From the NCBI GenBank assembly GCA_001871475.1, contig MNVE01000016.1, forward strand, positions 197,343 to 261,342: 64,000 bases of DNA, given 5' to 3'. The DNA is from Candidatus Micrarchaeota archaeon CG1_02_47_40 (GTDB lineage: Archaea > Micrarchaeota > Micrarchaeia > Anstonellales > CG1-02-47-40). Numbering within the stretch: the first letter of the stretch is position 1; each line of letters opens with the position of its first letter. Under the pieces are notes generated by a model, which worked only from the letters and a program-made list of their open reading frames with translations, searched no databases and had not been told where the DNA came from. This document shows, piece after piece, positions 60,704 through 64,000 of this stretch. The position numbers and the translations under genes are program-made.

Positions 60704-61467
60704 TTGGAAACTACTCTCTACCACCGGAAAACTACCGTCTCGGGAGGTTTATAAACAAGGAGAAACGAAAGGGAAAACATATGTTTGAACTTTCTCCCTT
60801 GCTTGCCTACGAGACAGGTGTCCATCTTGGTGACGGAAACTTGACGTACAATAAAAAATGGAACCTTTACAGAATAACTTACGCAGGAAATTCGGAAACG
60901 GATTCCGAATTTTTTGAGTGCGTTCTTCCAAAATTGATTTTCGAAGTTTATGGAAAACGGGTGCGGATTTATCATCCAAAGGGCGAGAAAACCGTTCTTG
61001 TTGTCCTAAACTCAAAGGAAATCGCAAGGTTCAAAATGGATGCGCTTGGGCTTCCTTCAGGAAATAAAAATCAGCTGAAGGAATTTCCAAGGAAGCTTAA
61101 GGAAAAATATCCTGCAGATATTGTACGAGGTTTGGCAGACACTGATTTCTGTCTTTATTTTAAGGATAGGAATAAGGATGGAATTGCCGAGATTCCGATT
61201 ATTGAAGGGTGCTTCTCAAACGAAGCGTTCTGTTCGGAAATCTCGGGGATACTTTTCAGATTGGGGATATTGCATTCTACGCGCAAGGTTGTTTCGCATA
61301 ATAAATATGTGGAACACCGAATACGCGTTGAGGGCAAAGGTCAGTTTTGCAGATGGATGGAAAAAATCGGGTTTTGGAATCCGAAACATCTTGCAAAAGC
61401 AGATGATTATTTTGGGAATTTTCCGGCAGAGTTTTAATTTTTTTAAACCAGTTTCCGACGCGGATAG
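60704..61467 (+). mobile_element. 23S intron 2 (after GAAGACCCCGTGGAG; E. coli ~1950 region)
   Basis: The exon resumes at CTTTACTATAGCCTG. The flanks TTGGAAACT...CCAGTTTCC are complementary. A TATA-like GGTTTATAAACAAGG lies ~25 nt before the HE start. Confidence 0.7.
60781..61437 (+). CDS. LAGLIDADG homing endonuclease (double-motif)
   Basis: Motifs LAYETGVHLGDGN and IVRGLADTDFCL. Start at MFELSPLL; the upstream part of the ORF is rRNA exon. Confidence 0.75.
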   Translation: MFELSPLLAYETGVHLGDGNLTYNKKWNLYRITYAGNSETDSEFFECVLPKLIFEVYGKRVRIYHPKGEKTVLVVLNSKEIARFKMDALGLPSGNKNQLKEFPRKLKEKYPADIVRGLADTDFCLYFKDRNKDGIAEIPIIEGCFSNEAFCSEISGILFRLGILHSTRKVVSHNKYVEHRIRVEGKGQFCRWMEKIGFWNPKHLAKADDYFGNFPAEF

Positions 61468-61631
61468 CTTTACTATAGCCTGCTGTTGAGATACGGTGAT
61501 GGTCGCGGAGCGTAAATGGGAGCCGTTACGCTGCATCTTTCGGGGTGCAGATAGGCGACATTGTAACACCATTCGATCGTTATTGTATTTCTTACCGGAA
61601 GGGACCGCGGCAGGTGGATAGTTTGGCTGGG

Positions 61632-62364
61632 AGTCCGAAGATTTAAGGAAAACAGGAATCAAGCAATGCGTTCTTTCTCACGCCGAGATTCTTGGAACGG
61701 GAGTCGGAAATGCGACTCTCGTCCAGAAATCTGACTTTGGTTGAGAAAATGGAAAGCGAGCGCTTGTCATAAACGCGAAGCCCGTGCGTTGAATGTGAAA
61801 CTCTGATGCCCAAGCTTTCAAAGCAGTTTGAAAGTTGGCTGCGCAGATGAGGATTATAGCATGCGATGTCGATGACTCCGCGCGGATGCGAACGGTCTAT
61901 GGAAATTGAACCGTCGCAGGAGCAGTATGCGCGTAAAAATGCGCATGTAAAAGATTTGGAGAGAAGAATGCTGTTTGGAATTTTGCATTTGGGATGTGTG
62001 CCGTCCGCAAACGGAGCAGTCCTGAATGTTGAAGCTTCCGAAAGCAGTTTTTTTGCGATTGGCACCGAGAAAAACCTCGCTGATTTCGCAGAACCGCAGC
62101 GGTTATAGGAGAAATTTCTTTTTCCGAATTCGCAATTAGTGATGTGCCTGAAATAGTCAAGCATTCCTTCAACAGTATTGGTGAATTGGATGCAGTATGT
62201 CCGTTTTGACTTGTCAAAATAGAGTGAACCGTCTGAAAGAAGCATTGCAAATAGTTGTGCTAAATTTTCGTTCATAATAAAACGAAATGTTTTTTGTTTA
62301 TAAGGGTGCGCAGGGAGTAGAAGTCCGCACCCTCCGATTCCTGCTTACATCTTCGGACCAGCAA
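61632..62364 (+). mobile_element. 23S intron 3 (after GTTTGGCTGGG; E. coli ~2065 region) carrying its HE gene on the opposite strand
   Basis: The exon resumes at GCGGTACATCCTCGATAAGGAAACAAGG. Flanks GTCCGAAGAT...ATCTTCGGAC are complementary. A hairpin GGGTGCG-(15 nt)-CGCACCC lies at 62303-62333. Confidence 0.65.
61643..62275 (-). CDS. LAGLIDADG homing endonuclease (double-motif) encoded antisense to the 23S rRNA
   Basis: Motifs LLSDGSLYF and LRAYCSCDGSIS. 210 aa. Its own TATA (CTTATAAACAA) lies ~28 nt upstream on the minus strand. Confidence 0.7.
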   Translation of the reverse strand: MNENLAQLFAMLLSDGSLYFDKSKRTYCIQFTNTVEGMLDYFRHITNCEFGKRNFSYNRCGSAKSARFFSVPIAKKLLSEASTFRTAPFADGTHPKCKIPNSILLSKSFTCAFLRAYCSCDGSISIDRSHPRGVIDIACYNPHLRSQLSNCFESLGIRVSHSTHGLRVYDKRSLSIFSTKVRFLDESRISDSRSKNLGVRKNALLDSCFP

Positions 62365-62632
62365 GCGGTACATCCTCGATAAGGAAACAAGGATGCCCAA
62401 TGTTCAGCTTAGGTGCGTTAGAAATGCACCGTTAAGGGTAAAGGACAAATGCTGGACTGACTGTGTTCCTAATAGCATGGGACGCAGAGGCGAAAGCCGG
62501 GCCTAACGAACCTTGGCACCCTTTTGATGAGGGTCCAAGCTGTCAGACAAGCTACCCCGGGGGTAATTCCACCGGCGGAGTTTTTTGATTAACTGTCAGT
62601 GGAACTCCATACAGGCTCGTCGCGGGCGAGAG

Positions 62633-62880
62633 ACAAATCTCTCCCGATTTTTAATTTAAGGACGATGCTTAAAGGTGTCTTCTATTCTCTAAAGTATTTT
62701 CTGCATTGATATGCAATAGCAAACCCGGCATTCGGGTTTGCTAGCTGTGCCGCACGAAAAGCGTGCGGCACTAAAAAGAAACATCTGGGATACTAAAGGA
62801 TAGTTGAACCTTTAGGCTAGTGTAAGGTTTTCGATACGAAAACTATATCGTCTGGTTTATGGGAGGCATTTGCTCAAATA
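62633..62880 (+). other. 23S intron 4, ORF-less structured intron (between GCGAGAG and CCCATCGACCCCGCGG; E. coli ~2449 region)
   Basis: About 248 nt with no ORF. Internal hairpins include AAACCCG-GCATT-CGGGTTT and GTGCCGCACG-AAAAG-CGTGCGGCAC. Confidence 0.55.
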
Positions 62881-63000
62881 CCCATCGACCCCGCGGTTTG
62901 GTACATCGCTGTCGGCCTAGGTCATCCTGGCGGTGCAGGAGCCGCCAATGGTTGGGTTGTTCATCCATTAAAGACCTACACGAGCTGGGTTCAGAACGTC

Positions 63001-63731
63001 AAGTTGGGCGTTGCTAGGCCGCAAGGCCTTGATAAATAAAATTGGCTCATATCGGTGAAACCTCGCTTTAAAAATATTGCAGACCGCAATGTTTGCAAGA
63101 AAGCGTGGCAATACCGAGGGAAGGCGAGATTTGTGGATTCAACAATGCTTGCGTATATCGCAGGGTTCCTTGATGGAGATGGCAGTATCTTCTTTCAGAT
63201 AGTCAGAAGAAAGGACTACCGTCGGAAATTCCAGATAAGAAGCAGCGTTGCTTTTTATCAGAAGACGGATTCGTGCCGCATTTTAAAGTGGCTCAAGGGA
63301 AGATTGAAAGCGGGGTATATCCGCCATCGCAAAACAGGAATCAGTGATTATACAATTGTCGAATCAAAAGAGGTGGAAAGGATTCTTTCCATTCTACATC
63401 CGTACGTGAAACTGAAGAAAAGACAGCTTGAACTTGGTTTGAAAATTCTGCGCAAACTCAAAAAATCACAAAGCAATAAGGATTTTCTTGGAGTTTGCAG
63501 GCAAGTTGACAAGTTTAAGCTGTTGAATTATTCCAAGAAAAGGACAGTGACATGTTCGGTCGTAAGCAAATCTTTGCCCCTGTAGAGACTGAGGCAGAAG
63601 TGGTCCTGAAAGGAACACGAAAATGCCGAGAGTCCTGCCAAAGGGCAGGGCTAAGACGCCGATCTCCCATGCAGCAAGCGTGGGATGGTGGTATAGTCCA
63701 TGCCATTCCGAAAGGAATGGATTAAACATGC
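63001..63731 (+). mobile_element. 23S intron 5 at the I-CreI homing site (CAGAACGTC^GCGAGACAGTTCGG; E. coli ~2593)
   Basis: The exon breaks after GGGTTCAGAACGTC and resumes at GCGAGACAGTTCGGT. Confidence 0.75.
63055..63585 (+). CDS. I-CreI-family single-motif LAGLIDADG homing endonuclease
   Basis: MLAYIAGFLDGDGSIFFQI...AGYIRHRKTGISDYTI...LKKRQLELGLKIL...DFLGVCRQVDKFKLLNYSKKRTVT parallels I-CreI (LYLAGFVDGDGSI...GYVRDRGSVSDY...KFLEVCTWVDQIAALNDSKTRKTT). The functional start is probably the internal Met at 63145. Confidence 0.8.
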   Translation: MKPRFKNIADRNVCKKAWQYRGKARFVDSTMLAYIAGFLDGDGSIFFQIVRRKDYRRKFQIRSSVAFYQKTDSCRILKWLKGRLKAGYIRHRKTGISDYTIVESKEVERILSILHPYVKLKKRQLELGLKILRKLKKSQSNKDFLGVCRQVDKFKLLNYSKKRTVTCSVVSKSLPL

Positions 63732-64000
63732 GCGAGACAGTTCGGTAGTATCTCCTAGGAGTGTTTCCGCCTGAGAGGAAGAACCCTTAAGTACGAGAGG
63801 AACTTGGGTTCGGCGCCTCTGGTGTACCAGTTGTGCAAAGCACCGCTGGGCAGCTACGCGCTATTGGATAAGACCTGAAAGCATCTAAGGTCGAAGTCAA
63901 TCTCAAAACGAGGCGGATTGGGCGGTCGTAGCAGACGACTTTGATAGAAGGGGGGTGTAAGAGCTAAGCGCAAGCGAGGCTTTCAGCCTGTCCCTTACTA

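Larger units (their letters stand above)
57960..64000 (+). rRNA. rrl: 23S rRNA (5' part, runs off the window end) with at least five introns
   Basis: GCAGTGGATAGCTTGGC...GCAAGCTGCGAAATGCTCGGGG at the 5' end. AGAGGGTGAAAGCCCCGTA. GACTGTTTACCAAAAACACAG. GGTAGCGTAATACCTCGCCGCTTAATTGG. GAAGACCCCGTGGAG. CCCATCGACCCCGCGG. GAGCTGGGTTCAGAACGTC. GCTGAAAGCATCTAAG-like end region. Confidence 0.85.

Overview
The window is an archaeal chromosomal segment with short genes, TATA-like TTTATAAA promoters about 25-30 nt before start codons, and GGAGG ribosome-binding sites. It carries archaeal marker genes: an Orc1/Cdc6 next to SepF, RpoE'-Spt4-eS26, GGGP synthase, and MIPS plus archaetidylinositol-phosphate synthase. 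The first ~50 kb is mostly housekeeping: RFC small subunit, IleRS, H+-pyrophosphatase, a purL-purQ-purF-purD-rpiA block with purM and a phosphoribosyltransferase, tRNA/rRNA modification enzymes, Ogg2 and PhoU. Accessory elements are interspersed:
- a solo IS605-family TnpB (a candidate RNA-guided nuclease) with a HicB-like orphan antitoxin beside it;
- an AbiEii/AbiEi-like pair followed by a PIN-ATPase-KH protein;
- a RelE/ParE toxin with an RHH antitoxin, plus a paralogous orphan RHH antitoxin;
- a canonical LAGLIDADG-containing intein inside myo-inositol-1-phosphate synthase;
- a 68-bp duplication of the MIPS 3' end in front of the AIPS gene;
- a membrane-anchored ArsR-type regulator.
The most unusual part is the last ~13 kb, a heavily invaded rRNA locus:
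- The 16S (~51329-54394) carries two introns: one LAGLIDADG and one encoding an HTH plus PD-(D/E)xK-type nuclease.
- The 16S is followed by its own hairpin and oligo-T terminator.
- A ~2.7-kb cassette sits in the 16S-tRNA spacer: a degenerate LAGLIDADG gene, twin hairpins, a resolvase-like HTH peptide and a G+C-rich TPR gene.
- tRNA-Ala(UGC) appears to have two introns (anticodon loop and T-loop).
- A further ~740-nt spacer holds an antisense ORF.
- The partial 23S has at least five introns: two sense LAGLIDADG genes, one antisense LAGLIDADG gene, one ORF-less structured intron, and an I-CreI homolog at the I-CreI site. Two further ~39-nt mini-insertions are possible.
No CRISPR array was found.
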